Virus record (IMG/VR): IMGVR_UViG_3300020577_005688
Span: 64,001-128,000 of that record
Source of the DNA: a virus
Taxonomy: Duplodnaviria; Caudoviricetes
Length of the DNA stretch: 64,000 nt
Strand: one strand, 5' to 3'
Positions 37,954 through 48,292 of the stretch are shown piece by piece. The first letter of the stretch is position 1, and every line of letters begins with the position of its first letter. The notes beneath the pieces were generated by a model. The model did not search any database. It saw nothing but the letters and a program-made list of their open reading frames with translations, and was not told the origin of the DNA. Both the position numbers and the translations under genes were made by a program.

Positions 37954-40900
37954 TTCGTTCACCAGAAGGAAGAGGGTCCTGGCCAGAGACGTCAGGACCT
38001 GGAATAAAGTATGAGACCCGTGCAGTTCCATCGTAAGGAACCTGAGTCTCAACGCCTCCAAGCTGGTTCGAGCTGAACTCCAACCAGACCCTACGACCCC
38101 AATCGTGGAGAACTGTCACGACGCTCGTTGGGGTAATCGGGTTTCCGCCTCTCTTGGCAATGATGTCTTGAATCTCTGAGACGTCGACGGCAGTCTCGAT
38201 TGGGAGGTTGTCGAGGTATGTGATGACGTCAGAGGCAACGACACTCGGTGCGCTCCCTCCAACATAGGTAGCGTCGTATGAGACGTACGTTGGCAAGAAG
38301 TGACGAACGAGAATGTTTGCCGAACTAATCCGGTCCTGTCCTGAGTTGGCAAACTCCTGGATCCTTCGAACCAAGTCAGACTGCTCGTACGTGACTTGAA
38401 GAGAGGAGCCGACAAGGTTCAAGAAGTTCTCGGCACTGTCTGTACTTCCAGTGGGGAGGATCTGAGGAGAGATCTCGATGAAGCCCTCTTCCTTCATCGA
38501 GTAGGTCAACGTCCTGTCATCTACCTTGTGACGATATCCGACGCTGGAGAAGGACTCAGGAGCAATTTCAAGATAGGAACCGTCCGACAAATTCGAAGAC
38601 TCTTGAGGGTTCAGAGAGACGACTTCTGTATCGAAGAAGACGGTAGGCCCAAAGGTGTTCTGCTCCATCTCAGATGGAGTAACTCGTCGAACGTCTCTTC
38701 TGTAGATGCGGAAAGGCTGCTTCAGTCCCTTCCTCAAGACTGCCCCCAAGGGGATTGCTGCCCTGGAGATGGAGAGGTCTGTGTACGTGATGGAGGAAAG
38801 AGCATGCTCTTTCACAACCGACTCGTACATCCTGAAGGGACGGGCTGCGTAGTTCTCCGTACCGCTCAGCAAAGCGGTCGGTGCAGTTGCAGGAGCCTCT
38901 GTGATGAGGAAGTTCGCATCTGACTCAGTCTTCAGTGTCGGACTTCCAGGGAAGTTTGACGTTCTAGAGATGACGGCAGTACCAAGGACAGGCGCAGAGG
39001 TGATTTGGTACGAGCCTTGGAACGGGTACGGAAGACCGAAGACGGAAATGTACTTATTGACGTACGGAGTGAAGTCAGTTCCTGTCGAGATGAGTACGTT
39101 GTTTGTTCCGTTGTGTCCCCACTGATTCAGGGTTCCCTGGAGAAGAATAGTCGGAGTGGATTCAGTCATTGCTTGGTCGAGAATCAAGTTTCGACCATCC
39201 ACATACTTCACAACACGGTAGCTTCCCTTGTCGGTTCCCTCTTCGATGAAGAAGAGATTCCCAACCATGTCTGCATTGAAGATGTTTCCTGCAGAGGTTG
39301 GGGCAGTTACTTGGTTGGACCCAGCGATAGTCTGAACGACAGACTGTCTTGCGTAGGTGGTTCCGTGGAAGAAAACCTCTTCGTGCGTGGAGAGGATATC
39401 ACCATCCCGTACTCCAAGACTGAAGATGGACACTCTTCCTGGATCTGTGAACGAGACAATGAGACCTTGAGTCAGCGCTCCGGCGACCGTAGCAGAACCT
39501 GGAGCTCCGTTATCGTCTGTGATGATTTCACCGACAACGAATTCTCCCTCAACATTCGCAAGACCGAGCGTACCTGTAAGACCCAGGTCCAGGTCACTGA
39601 GAATTGTCGCTGTTGCGCCGCTCGTTGCGCCAGTGAGTTTCCTACCAACAGTGAAGTTTGCAGTTTGGGTGGAGTAAGTGAGTGCTCCACTCAAATCCAA
39701 GTCACGAGGAAGGTCCTTTGGATCCGTGTCGCTGACCAGTCGAGGAGGGACGATCTCCTGCTGACGATACCGATTGGGGTCAGGTCGAAACTTCACCAAC
39801 TCCCCGGACTCTGTCTTGTAGATGAACTCAGTTGACTGACTGTCTCCTGTTCTCTGCTCAAGAACAGTTGGAGACATCATATATGTTCTGAGAACTCCAC
39901 GAGCCGGGTCTCCCCACTCATAGTCACAGAATGCCAATGAGTCGATTGCGGTTTGGAGTGTTGGAGCAGAAGGAACAGCGGTCACTCCCAGAGTGGTAAG
40001 AGCAGAGTTGAGCTTCGTACCAAGTGAGTTGTGAAGATTCTGGAAGAACGATGGGTAAGAGATGGCTCCCGTGATTGGAAACTCGGTTACCGAGGCACCA
40101 CCGCCCACGTCGTTCAAGAAGTCGAACAACTGGCCATACACATCAACCGGGAACTTCCCGTAGATCTTGATGAAGTAGGTCCAGACTGTACGGGTTGGAG
40201 AAGCAAGCCTGTGCTTGAACTTCACAACTTCTTTGATGAGGTAACTTCCCTTGTTTGGGCCATTCTTGATGGTCAGACACTCACCAGGACGTGGATCGAT
40301 TGGAGGGAAGTTCTCGGCGTCATCTGAGACTTCTGACACAGAGACGAAGTAGCTGGCCGGGTCAAAGGCATCTCCATTCCCTGCCCCATCTCCACGGAAA
40401 TCGAGCTCCGAGTAGGTTGCGTCTGGGAACAGCATCGGGAAGTACCAACCGATTGCTGTGTCGAATCCAAGAGAGTACCTACGGTCTCCGGACGGGGCCG
40501 CTACTGGACCAAGTGACAGGTAAGTGGTCAGAGTGGAAGTAAGGCTTGGCAAAACAAAGCCACTCACCCTCTGAGAACCACCACGAACACGCGCAGAGGT
40601 GAAGGCCTTCGTCGGAACAACTCCAACAGGGTCAGCGAGTGGGATTTGAATTCCAGTAGACTGACTTGAGGAGTCGAGAAGCAGCAGCTCTTTGATACGA
40701 ACAAGAGGACGCTCTACAGGTTCGAGAGCAGAGAAGATCTCATACTCAAGACCTGTGAGAGAGGCAGAGGCAGGTCTATCGAGCAACAGTCCCTGTCCTC
40801 CCAACACAGGATCAAACCCAGTGATGGTGTAGTCTCCAGCAAGGATGCCAGTCTTGACGCGAAGGATGTCACCGACTGCAGCTCCAAAACCAATCACATC

Positions 40901-42589
40901 ATTCGACAGCAACTGGAAGAGGTTCGAACCGATGACTGTTTGAAGATCATTGGCGAGGATTCCTCCGAAGGGGAACTTCGGAATCTTTGGTTCGAAAGGA
41001 TCGACTTTGATCTTTCGAATGATCCGATACCTCAAATTGCTCTGGGAGTTGGCCAGATTTGAAGTGAGATACAGATTGGAGGAAGTGACCTTCATGATGA
41101 CATACACACCAATGTCATCACCTGTCTCAACGCTGAGAAGGTCTCCGGGCAGAATTCCAACTGCTTGGAAATCAATCGAAGGAGTTCCAGGGTCTGCAAC
41201 CTTGTTCTTCTCAGTCGTAAGCCCGAACGTCTGAAGAGTCAGACGTTCAACAAAAGACCCTGAATCTGACAATCCCTCAAAGACAGAAGTCGAAGCAGGC
41301 TGGAGGATTGGGCGAATGTAGAAGTCAGTGTGGCCAAAAACGTGAACCTCTCCAGACGGAACAGAGAAGTTCGATTGACCAATCGAGGGCAGAGAGGAGA
41401 TCTGAACGGTCCCAGGACGTGTGAACCCACCCTCGAACCCGTACCCATCGGCTACAACAACTCCTGAAGGGAACTCTCCAGAGAATCGAACCAAGTACGT
41501 CATCTGAAAGGTAGTTCCGCTCGGAACAGGGCCGACGAGAACTTCCTCAACAGTCAGCCGAACGAGCCGAGTTGTCTGAAGAAGAGCTGGGTAGGTTGCA
41601 GTGTCGAGATACAAGTACAGAACATCTCCAGCTTTAGGAGCTTCCGCCTCTGGTCCCTCAATCGTTCTTGCCTGAACGAGGGCCAGCTTCTTCCAGATCG
41701 TCACACGTCCCGTAATCCACTGGTGTCCAGGAGATGATGCGACGAGAATGTCTCGCTGCATTTCCGGGTCTTCAGAACCGATGACTTGAACCGCTCGAAG
41801 CTCTGTTTGGAACACATCGTTCAAACGAGCGGTTGCTCCTCTTCTTGTGTTGAGGGACCTCTCGTTGAGAGCCTGTCGTGCCTGAGCAACGAAGGTCGTT
41901 GTGTCGACTCTTGCAGAACCATTCCTGAACTTCTGAAGGTTCCCAACTCGAATCACACCAAACAGACCATCAACCCCTGTGAGTTGGTTGACGTCAATGT
42001 TGTAGTCGACTCCCTCGCTCTCTGCCTTCAAAGCAACATCAAAGAAGTACTGAGACCCAGAACGATTGAAGGCCATCTCCTCAGCAGTGATGGAGACTGG
42101 ATTTGTTGGGAAGAAGCCGAGCCCAGAGGCAGTGAAGAAACGGGTCGTAATCTCAACCTGAATATTGGTTGGGTTAGAAAAGTACAAACGACCGGTTCCC
42201 GTCGAGAATGAGCCTGCGTCTCTCTCATCGAAGACGTTTGCAACCAATGCATCAGCGTCATCATCAGAAAGAACAGAGGGGTCTTTGAGTGATTGATTCC
42301 TCTTGATGGACTGCGTCTCTCTCTGGAACGGAGTGAGGAGCAGGATGAGAGGCTTGACGAACGTGTCTCGAATGACGCCTGGATCAGTCGCAATGAGGTC
42401 TGGAAACTCCTGAGCAAACCGGTCGGTGATGAAACTATCGATATCCGTCTCGAACGGATCCGTCCCGAGGTACGTCATCACTGGCTCGATGAATTGAATC
42501 TGAGCCGGTGACCCGGAATCCAAGTCAATCGTTGGATCGAGGGCGCGGAGACGGTCCTCAAGGAAGGTCTTCAAATCGGTAGTGGCCAT
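37934..42589 (-). CDS. Baseplate wedge protein (baseplate J/gp6-like), with large insertions
   Basis: PGVIRDTFVKP...DADALVANVF.ER, LKAESEGVDYN, NG.ARVDT; follows the gp25-like gene. Confidence 0.7.
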   Translation of the reverse strand: MATTDLKTFLEDRLRALDPTIDLDSGSPAQIQFIEPVMTYLGTDPFETDIDSFITDRFAQEFPDLIATDPGVIRDTFVKPLILLLTPFQRETQSIKRNQSLKDPSVLSDDDADALVANVFDERDAGSFSTGTGRLYFSNPTNIQVEITTRFFTASGLGFFPTNPVSITAEEMAFNRSGSQYFFDVALKAESEGVDYNIDVNQLTGVDGLFGVIRVGNLQKFRNGSARVDTTTFVAQARQALNERSLNTRRGATARLNDVFQTELRAVQVIGSEDPEMQRDILVASSPGHQWITGRVTIWKKLALVQARTIEGPEAEAPKAGDVLYLYLDTATYPALLQTTRLVRLTVEEVLVGPVPSGTTFQMTYLVRFSGEFPSGVVVADGYGFEGGFTRPGTVQISSLPSIGQSNFSVPSGEVHVFGHTDFYIRPILQPASTSVFEGLSDSGSFVERLTLQTFGLTTEKNKVADPGTPSIDFQAVGILPGDLLSVETGDDIGVYVIMKVTSSNLYLTSNLANSQSNLRYRIIRKIKVDPFEPKIPKFPFGGILANDLQTVIGSNLFQLLSNDVIGFGAAVGDILRVKTGILAGDYTITGFDPVLGGQGLLLDRPASASLTGLEYEIFSALEPVERPLVRIKELLLLDSSSQSTGIQIPLADPVGVVPTKAFTSARVRGGSQRVSGFVLPSLTSTLTTYLSLGPVAAPSGDRRYSLGFDTAIGWYFPMLFPDATYSELDFRGDGAGNGDAFDPASYFVSVSEVSDDAENFPPIDPRPGECLTIKNGPNKGSYLIKEVVKFKHRLASPTRTVWTYFIKIYGKFPVDVYGQLFDFLNDVGGGASVTEFPITGAISYPSFFQNLHNSLGTKLNSALTTLGVTAVPSAPTLQTAIDSLAFCDYEWGDPARGVLRTYMMSPTVLEQRTGDSQSTEFIYKTESGELVKFRPDPNRYRQQEIVPPRLVSDTDPKDLPRDLDLSGALTYSTQTANFTVGRKLTGATSGATATILSDLDLGLTGTLGLANVEGEFVVGEIITDDNGAPGSATVAGALTQGLIVSFTDPGRVSIFSLGVRDGDILSTHEEVFFHGTTYARQSVVQTIAGSNQVTAPTSAGNIFNADMVGNLFFIEEGTDKGSYRVVKYVDGRNLILDQAMTESTPTILLQGTLNQWGHNGTNNVLISTGTDFTPYVNKYISVFGLPYPFQGSYQITSAPVLGTAVISRTSNFPGSPTLKTESDANFLITEAPATAPTALLSGTENYAARPFRMYESVVKEHALSSITYTDLSISRAAIPLGAVLRKGLKQPFRIYRRDVRRVTPSEMEQNTFGPTVFFDTEVVSLNPQESSNLSDGSYLEIAPESFSSVGYRHKVDDRTLTYSMKEEGFIEISPQILPTGSTDSAENFLNLVGSSLQVTYEQSDLVRRIQEFANSGQDRISSANILVRHFLPTYVSYDATYVGGSAPSVVASDVITYLDNLPIETAVDVSEIQDIIAKRGGNPITPTSVVTVLHDWGRRVWLEFSSNQLGGVETQVPYDGTARVSYFIPGPDVSGQDPLPSGERINLVRQ

Positions 42590-42591
42590 GG

Positions 42592-43239
42592 TTAGCTCAA
42601 GGAGACTTCTGCAGACTGATTGATGAGATTCTTCAGACGCACTGTGGCAGACAGAGTACCAGTTGCGTCATCAAAAGAAAGAGATTCAAGGTCAGAGGAA
42701 AGGAGCTTCTCCTCTGGCGGGATGTTCTTCCTAGAAGCCTGCAATCGAAGAATCTCCGTCTCAGTTCTCTCGATTGCAACAGTGAGGTCAGCAGCTGCTG
42801 ATGAGTGTCTTCTGTCTGTCCTGGAGCCAATGATAGCTGCAGCCCCACCACCGCTCGACGGAGTGAAGACGTCAGAACCTGGAGTGGTCAAGAACACCAT
42901 CATCCAAGCCTGAACAAGTCTATCGATTCCCGAGACGGGTTTGAGCGGTTTCATGAGCTCAAGAACGACAGCCGCGCTCTTGTTCAGGATGGAAACCCCG
43001 GCGTACGCCTTGAAGTCAATCAGGTCCTTCCCGACCTGACTCGAAGGAATTCGAACTACCAATCGAGAGTCAGACGAAACAAAGAACTCATTCGCCGTAA
43101 CGCCGTTGTAGAGAATCTCAGATACAGAGTTCAGCTTTGAACCGACGACGACAATCGAAGGAGGGTTGAACCCACGGATGGGTGCAATGGAGTAGATATC
43201 CAAGAGAGTCTTCGCCTGTACGATTCGAAAGTCTTTCAT
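42592..43239 (-). CDS. Baseplate gp25/gpW-like protein with N-terminal IPT-like domain
   Basis: GIDRLVQ...FLTTPGSDVFTP..GG. Confidence 0.6.
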   Translation of the reverse strand: MKDFRIVQAKTLLDIYSIAPIRGFNPPSIVVVGSKLNSVSEILYNGVTANEFFVSSDSRLVVRIPSSQVGKDLIDFKAYAGVSILNKSAAVVLELMKPLKPVSGIDRLVQAWMMVFLTTPGSDVFTPSSGGGAAAIIGSRTDRRHSSAAADLTVAIERTETEILRLQASRKNIPPEEKLLSSDLESLSFDDATGTLSATVRLKNLINQSAEVSLS

Positions 43240-43553
43240 GTCGATGTACCCGAAGAATCCGTCTCAAAGATGCCAAGCTTCTGAAGCTTCGCTGGGTCTG
43301 TCCCAGCATCTTTCACAGCCTTTACTACGTCCGTGACTTCCTTCTCCAGGGCGTCCAAGGAGTCAATGAAGGAGATACGACTCCCAACACTGCTTCCCTT
43401 TGAATCAAGGAGAGCTCGCTCCTCCCCTTTCTTCAATCGAGCCACCTGCTCCTGAATCATGTGGTCGAGGGTCAAGGAGGCAGAGGCTTTGTTTACCTCA
43501 ACACTTCGAATGAGGCTATAGGCCGAATGAAGAACTCGTCTCAAGTCGCTCAT
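43236..43553 (-). CDS. Hypothetical protein
   Basis: 105 aa with overlapping start and stop. Confidence 0.6.
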   Translation of the reverse strand: MSDLRRVLHSAYSLIRSVEVNKASASLTLDHMIQEQVARLKKGEERALLDSKGSSVGSRISFIDSLDALEKEVTDVVKAVKDAGTDPAKLQKLGIFETDSSGTST

Positions 43554-45703
43554 AGGCCTGTATTCTCCTGTGATGAGGTTCCTTCGACTTCTTCATCCAG
43601 AGCTCGGTTCGGGACCTTGATATCAGACTGAGCGAAGGTAGACGAGGCTTTCAGGAATGAGCCGCCATATGAGGCCGTCTCAAAATCAGAATCCAGAGCC
43701 TCTTGAATCTGACACCTCAAAAACAGATCGAGTGCTTTGTCGAACTTACGCTCCTCCAAGGAAGCAACAATTCCAGAAACAACCTCCCTTTCTGAAGTTG
43801 CCGAGCGAGGGTCGAGAACTGGAACAGCATCGATGAGAGCTAGAAGCGACTGAAGAGAGGTCTCAAGGGATTCGAGAAAACTTAGAGAAACATCTCTCTG
43901 TGACTGAGGAGCGCCTGCTCGAAGGCTTGAGATTGATGAATCCAAGGAATCGAGGTTCACCGCGAAAGGTTGCCGCGCGAACGAGGTTACGAACCCACCC
44001 AGCGCGGCGCTGAAGTTTTGGAAAAGCAGATAAAGCGCACTCTGGATGGTAATCGCGCCTCGCGCGGTTTCGAGAGGGATAGATACCTGGATGCGGTCGT
44101 TGGTAATAGAAACGACGGTAGCCTGGCTATTCGAGAATTCTACCCTATCTCCGATATCGACAATCCCGATCGGATTGATTGGGTCGGTAGAAACTCCAAA
44201 CACTGTCCCAAACAATCTCAAACTATCTGACGCAGCCCTTGAAGTCCCAGTCAGTCCAAGGACTGCAGGAGCTCCAACGGTCAAGAAAGTTCCGACCGAG
44301 GTAGAGAGAGTCGTAAGCGTTACACCCGTCTCAGTGGTCTTTGCAGAGATGAGAGAAGGGAACTGCAATGCAAATCCATCTCGAACCATCTGGGCACTCG
44401 TTGACCCAGAACGACCGACACCACTCAGACCGAGTACAGAGATAGGAACTCTGATTTCGTAGTTTGCAGGAGGTGGTGATGGGTTCGTTACGAGAGTACT
44501 TGTTGCCTCGGAGACCGTCAGAATCGATGCAGTCGGATGACTGATCATGATCCTGTTGGACGCAGAAGAAATGTAGAAGTCTGCCCTCAGTGTCGAGGCA
44601 GGAGCGGGAGCAGCCGCCGCAAGCGAGTTGAAGTTCGAGATGACAGAGGCAAGGGTTACAAAGCCAGATGTAAGAGGACCAATCTTGAACTCAGTCCCAT
44701 CAATCTGACCAACGATGTAGTAGTTTGCAGGAACCGAGAGACCCAGCATGTCGATCGGACTGACAACTGCAGCTCGATTCAAGAAGTCGAAGTTTGACTG
44801 TGGGAAGAATGTCGCCGTCTGTGTGGTGCCGTTTACGTTAACGGAGACGACCGGTGAAGCGCTGAAAACGAACGGACCGCTTACAGATGTTCGAGAAGCA
44901 GCAGCCGGGTCAGACTCAGCTTGAATAGAGTAGCCGGTTGGTGAGTTCGCGCTGACGACAGGAGTTGAGAGGGATGGCAGGTCTCCAATAACCTTGAGAG
45001 CTGACCTATTCGTAATCAGACGAACAGCCATGTCTCTTGAGGCTGGAAGCGAACCAGCTGCCTCAATGTCAGAGATGAGTGACTCGATATCAGCTCGTGC
45101 TCTTGCGGCGGTTGTAAGACCGATGATGGTCGAGAGAGGGGACTCCAGGAAGTTCTCTACGCCAACTGCCAATGCGTAGAGACGATTGATGAGCTCAGTA
45201 TGGACCTCTTTCAGAGATGCAAAGGAGGTCACAATGTCAGAAGCAGCTTCCGTTCCCGGACGTGTGAGCTCTGTCGCTCTCGGCCGCCTCAGGCTCTTTC
45301 CGAGACTCTTCGACAAGAACTCAGAGATGGATGAGTCAAATTTCTTGAACTGATTGCTGCTTACGGAGACTTTGCTAAGTTGCTCGATTTGAAGAAGAGC
45401 TTGGCGTGCTTGGCTCAGTGATGTCGTGTCTTTGACACTGAATACAACGTTACTGAGGTCCCGGATGGCTGTCCGGAGCTCAGAGATGTTTGAGAGCTCT
45501 GTCTGGACTGACTGCCTGAGACCGTTCTTTGCCAGGAGGGCAAACAGAAGAACGGCTCTTGGCTGAAGCATCAAGTTGAGTGCAATGCTTTCGAAGAGCG
45601 CAATAGCTTCTTCTTCAGGAGAAAGAGCTCCTTGTCGACGAGCCTCTGCCACTCTTCTCGATAGAAGAGATGTTGCTTGCTCGGTTGTCGACTTCATCGT
45701 CAT
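43550..45703 (-). CDS. Virion structural protein (helical ends, beta-rich centre)
   Basis: 717 aa in the baseplate cluster. Confidence 0.55.
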   Translation of the reverse strand: MTMKSTTEQATSLLSRRVAEARRQGALSPEEEAIALFESIALNLMLQPRAVLLFALLAKNGLRQSVQTELSNISELRTAIRDLSNVVFSVKDTTSLSQARQALLQIEQLSKVSVSSNQFKKFDSSISEFLSKSLGKSLRRPRATELTRPGTEAASDIVTSFASLKEVHTELINRLYALAVGVENFLESPLSTIIGLTTAARARADIESLISDIEAAGSLPASRDMAVRLITNRSALKVIGDLPSLSTPVVSANSPTGYSIQAESDPAAASRTSVSGPFVFSASPVVSVNVNGTTQTATFFPQSNFDFLNRAAVVSPIDMLGLSVPANYYIVGQIDGTEFKIGPLTSGFVTLASVISNFNSLAAAAPAPASTLRADFYISSASNRIMISHPTASILTVSEATSTLVTNPSPPPANYEIRVPISVLGLSGVGRSGSTSAQMVRDGFALQFPSLISAKTTETGVTLTTLSTSVGTFLTVGAPAVLGLTGTSRAASDSLRLFGTVFGVSTDPINPIGIVDIGDRVEFSNSQATVVSITNDRIQVSIPLETARGAITIQSALYLLFQNFSAALGGFVTSFARQPFAVNLDSLDSSISSLRAGAPQSQRDVSLSFLESLETSLQSLLALIDAVPVLDPRSATSEREVVSGIVASLEERKFDKALDLFLRCQIQEALDSDFETASYGGSFLKASSTFAQSDIKVPNRALDEEVEGTSSQENTGL

Positions 45704-46170
45704 TAGAAGTCCTCATCAAAGTCCGTCGGAATCATCCCACGCCTCTTCCCGATTCTATCTTGCTCATCTCCGAGAGGTCGTCGATCGAGATGCTCCATCT
45801 TCATCACATCTTCTTTGGTCAGACCTGAAGCCCAATCCCTGATTGGGTCTGGATTCAAACCAAGCATTGCACAAATGTTCTCGAAAGAATTGAAGAGAAA
45901 GCTCTTTTCGAAGAGCCATTTGTGAGCATTGTCCGCATACTTACGGAGCGCGAGCCGATTGTCGTTTTTGTATGAGGCAAGGTCAAAGGCCGCTCGAACA
46001 ATGACACGCATCCAGAGCGCTTTCGGACCGGAGTACCTGTCATCAACTCTGGCGTCTCCCCTGACTTTAGGGGAAAGGCACGACTGAGCTGAAAGCCACT
46101 CAACGAAGGCATCTTCGACAAAGACCTCTGCCCTGGTAAGGGCTTTCAACTCTCTCATGATTCCCCTCAA
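45703..46170 (-). CDS. Hypothetical helical protein (possible regulator)
   Basis: LW..VI.RA..D...A.KWLF...SF.NIC..LGL.P..IR; non-structural composition. Confidence 0.5.
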   Translation of the reverse strand: MRGIMRELKALTRAEVFVEDAFVEWLSAQSCLSPKVRGDARVDDRYSGPKALWMRVIVRAAFDLASYKNDNRLALRKYADNAHKWLFEKSFLFNSFENICAMLGLNPDPIRDWASGLTKEDVMKMEHLDRRPLGDEQDRIGKRRGMIPTDFDEDF

Positions 46171-47159
46171 GAAACGGTGACAACCAAAGGAACAAACGTA
46201 ATGGAGTACGCAGGAACTCGTGCTGGGGTCATGTTCGGTCGAACAGAGACGGTCACTTCCAGGGTCCCTGCCTGCTTACCGGTGATGACGACGTTTCCAT
46301 TTGCAGAATCGTAGGACACATCTCCAACATCGGAGTCTGAGTTCGTGAATTCGATGATATGCCCGAGCTCTTTTGAGTAGCCGTAGAAGTTTGAAAAGAG
46401 CAGTTCAAAGCTCACGTTTGCAGTGGCCCCAACAGTCAAGGCAACCGCATTGTACGGAGCATCGACACTATCCCACGTTAGTGTCACGGGCTGAGGATGG
46501 ATGAGGTCGATCAAGTTTACGGAGGACCTGTCTGGGACTGATACGCACCAGGGGACATCCTCCTCACCAGCAAAGGAGATGTAGAACTGACCGAGGCGAA
46601 TCAGGTCAACACTGATGCGGCCGTTTTGGTCTGTCTTCGCTTCAATCGTTTGAGACGCCACCATCTTCCCGTCCAGGACTTTCGGAACTTGAAATCCAGA
46701 GAGGAGAGTCGGGGGAGTTGGTGAGTACGATGAAGCAGGAGTGAGAGAGCCTACGTCTTGAATGGCTGTGATTCTGAGAAGATTGCCAACAAGAGGCAGT
46801 CCTCTGAAATCGACGAACTGCCCAGTACATCGACAGAGACGTGGGTCAGTAGCAACTGGAAGGGTTGTCAGAGTCCCTGAGACGTCGAATACATTTGATT
46901 GGGGAGGCGTGATGGGTTCGATGACTGCGATTCTCTGCGGGTTCGAGAACAAGACTCCAGCCTTGAAGAATCGAACTTCGTAATTTGTCCCAGGAGACAC
47001 ACTCCCAGGAAGAAGGAAGGCAGCCTGTCCGAGAGCGTCAGTAGTCCCACTTGCGACCAAAACAAGAGTCGTCGCATCATAAACATTGACGACGACACCC
47101 TCGATAGGACGTGAGGGCGCTTGGGTGTCCTTGACGAAGATGTCAACACTGATGGCCAT
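46167..47159 (-). CDS. Ig/carboxypeptidase-regulatory-like virion protein
   Basis: PIEGVVVNVYD...GTTDALG; C-terminal Big-like TGKQAGTLEVTVS. Confidence 0.55.
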   Translation of the reverse strand: MAISVDIFVKDTQAPSRPIEGVVVNVYDATTLVLVASGTTDALGQAAFLLPGSVSPGTNYEVRFFKAGVLFSNPQRIAVIEPITPPQSNVFDVSGTLTTLPVATDPRLCRCTGQFVDFRGLPLVGNLLRITAIQDVGSLTPASSYSPTPPTLLSGFQVPKVLDGKMVASQTIEAKTDQNGRISVDLIRLGQFYISFAGEEDVPWCVSVPDRSSVNLIDLIHPQPVTLTWDSVDAPYNAVALTVGATANVSFELLFSNFYGYSKELGHIIEFTNSDSDVGDVSYDSANGNVVITGKQAGTLEVTVSVRPNMTPARVPAYSITFVPLVVTVS

Positions 47160-48088
47160 TAGATGTTCCTTCTAATCAAGTAGGGAGGAACTGACTGGAC
47201 GGTGAACGGGTCAGAGGCCACCGACAGAACCGACAAAAGGTCGAAGCTCGCAGTGTTCGGAACGATAAACTCTCTCACGAAGGAGGTTCCTTCGATTGCC
47301 ACTCGAACCTTCGCGCCCCGAACCAGGGTAAACTGAATGAATCCGTCCACCCCACTCTCAAAGATGAGAGGTTGGTGATTTGTGACAGCGTATCCGCTGA
47401 GAGCTGAGGGTGGTTGGTCGGCAACTACAATGACCTTGGTCTTGACCGGCTGACCGTTCAAACCGATGAAGGTCGTTGAGCAGACAGAGACCTGTCCAGA
47501 GCCAACGAGAGGAACCTCAGAACCGAAGACATAAGAAGAGAACTCGGAGAGAGGGTCTACTCCGTTGGCTGAGAACCTCCACCTGTATCGAGCAGAGGTG
47601 AGTCCTGATACATCCGAGTACAGGTAGGAAAGAGTGGAAGGAGTCAGAGTGATTCTTGGGTCCTTTCCAAACACCTTCACAACGGGGAACCCAAGGTCTG
47701 CCCCATCCGAGTAGGTAACCTCAACGCTCGAAGCACGACCCGTGGAGGAGGAAGAGAGACGAACCTTGTTTGAGACGAGAGTCGCAACGCCAGGAGCGAC
47801 TTCATTGATTCGGTCTACGACCTGCTGCGCAGTCCAGTAATCGACAAGAGGGCTAAACGAGACAGATACCTCTGACCCGCCGTTGATGATGAACTTGAGG
47901 AGCTTCCCGCCCTGTCTAAACGTCGTTTGAGCGGCGAATGACTCCAGGTAGGCCGCCTGAGCAGAAGAGGCCGTGAGTTCCTGGTAAGTGTCCCCACTGT
48001 CAATCGACTGCCACACCTCGATTCGGGTGTAGCCCAAGCCGATGAGGCTATCGTTATTGGCGACCAGAATCGAGAGTTGAACAGTCAT
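47159..48088 (-). CDS. Virion structural protein
   Basis: 309 aa; shares a domain with the tail fibre N-terminus. Confidence 0.55.
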   Translation of the reverse strand: MTVQLSILVANNDSLIGLGYTRIEVWQSIDSGDTYQELTASSAQAAYLESFAAQTTFRQGGKLLKFIINGGSEVSVSFSPLVDYWTAQQVVDRINEVAPGVATLVSNKVRLSSSSTGRASSVEVTYSDGADLGFPVVKVFGKDPRITLTPSTLSYLYSDVSGLTSARYRWRFSANGVDPLSEFSSYVFGSEVPLVGSGQVSVCSTTFIGLNGQPVKTKVIVVADQPPSALSGYAVTNHQPLIFESGVDGFIQFTLVRGAKVRVAIEGTSFVREFIVPNTASFDLLSVLSVASDPFTVQSVPPYLIRRNI

Positions 48089-48095
48089 CGTTTTC

Positions 48096-48290
48096 TCACT
48101 TCTTCAGTTTCGTTGGAGGAACGCTGTCCTTCAACTTCTTTGAAGTTGAAGAGTAGGTCTCATGTACTTCTTTGTTCTTCTCGATCTCTTGGTCGAGTTG
48201 CTCCATGCAGATCTTGAATTCGCCTGTCGATGACCTCTTCTCTTTGGGCTCCTCAACAACAGGCGTTTCCTTCTTTTTGAAGAAAAACAT
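48096..48290 (-). CDS. Small hypothetical protein
   Basis: 64 aa; AAGGA SD. Confidence 0.5.
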   Translation of the reverse strand: MFFFKKKETPVVEEPKEKRSSTGEFKICMEQLDQEIEKNKEVHETYSSTSKKLKDSVPPTKLKK

Positions 48291-48292
48291 AG

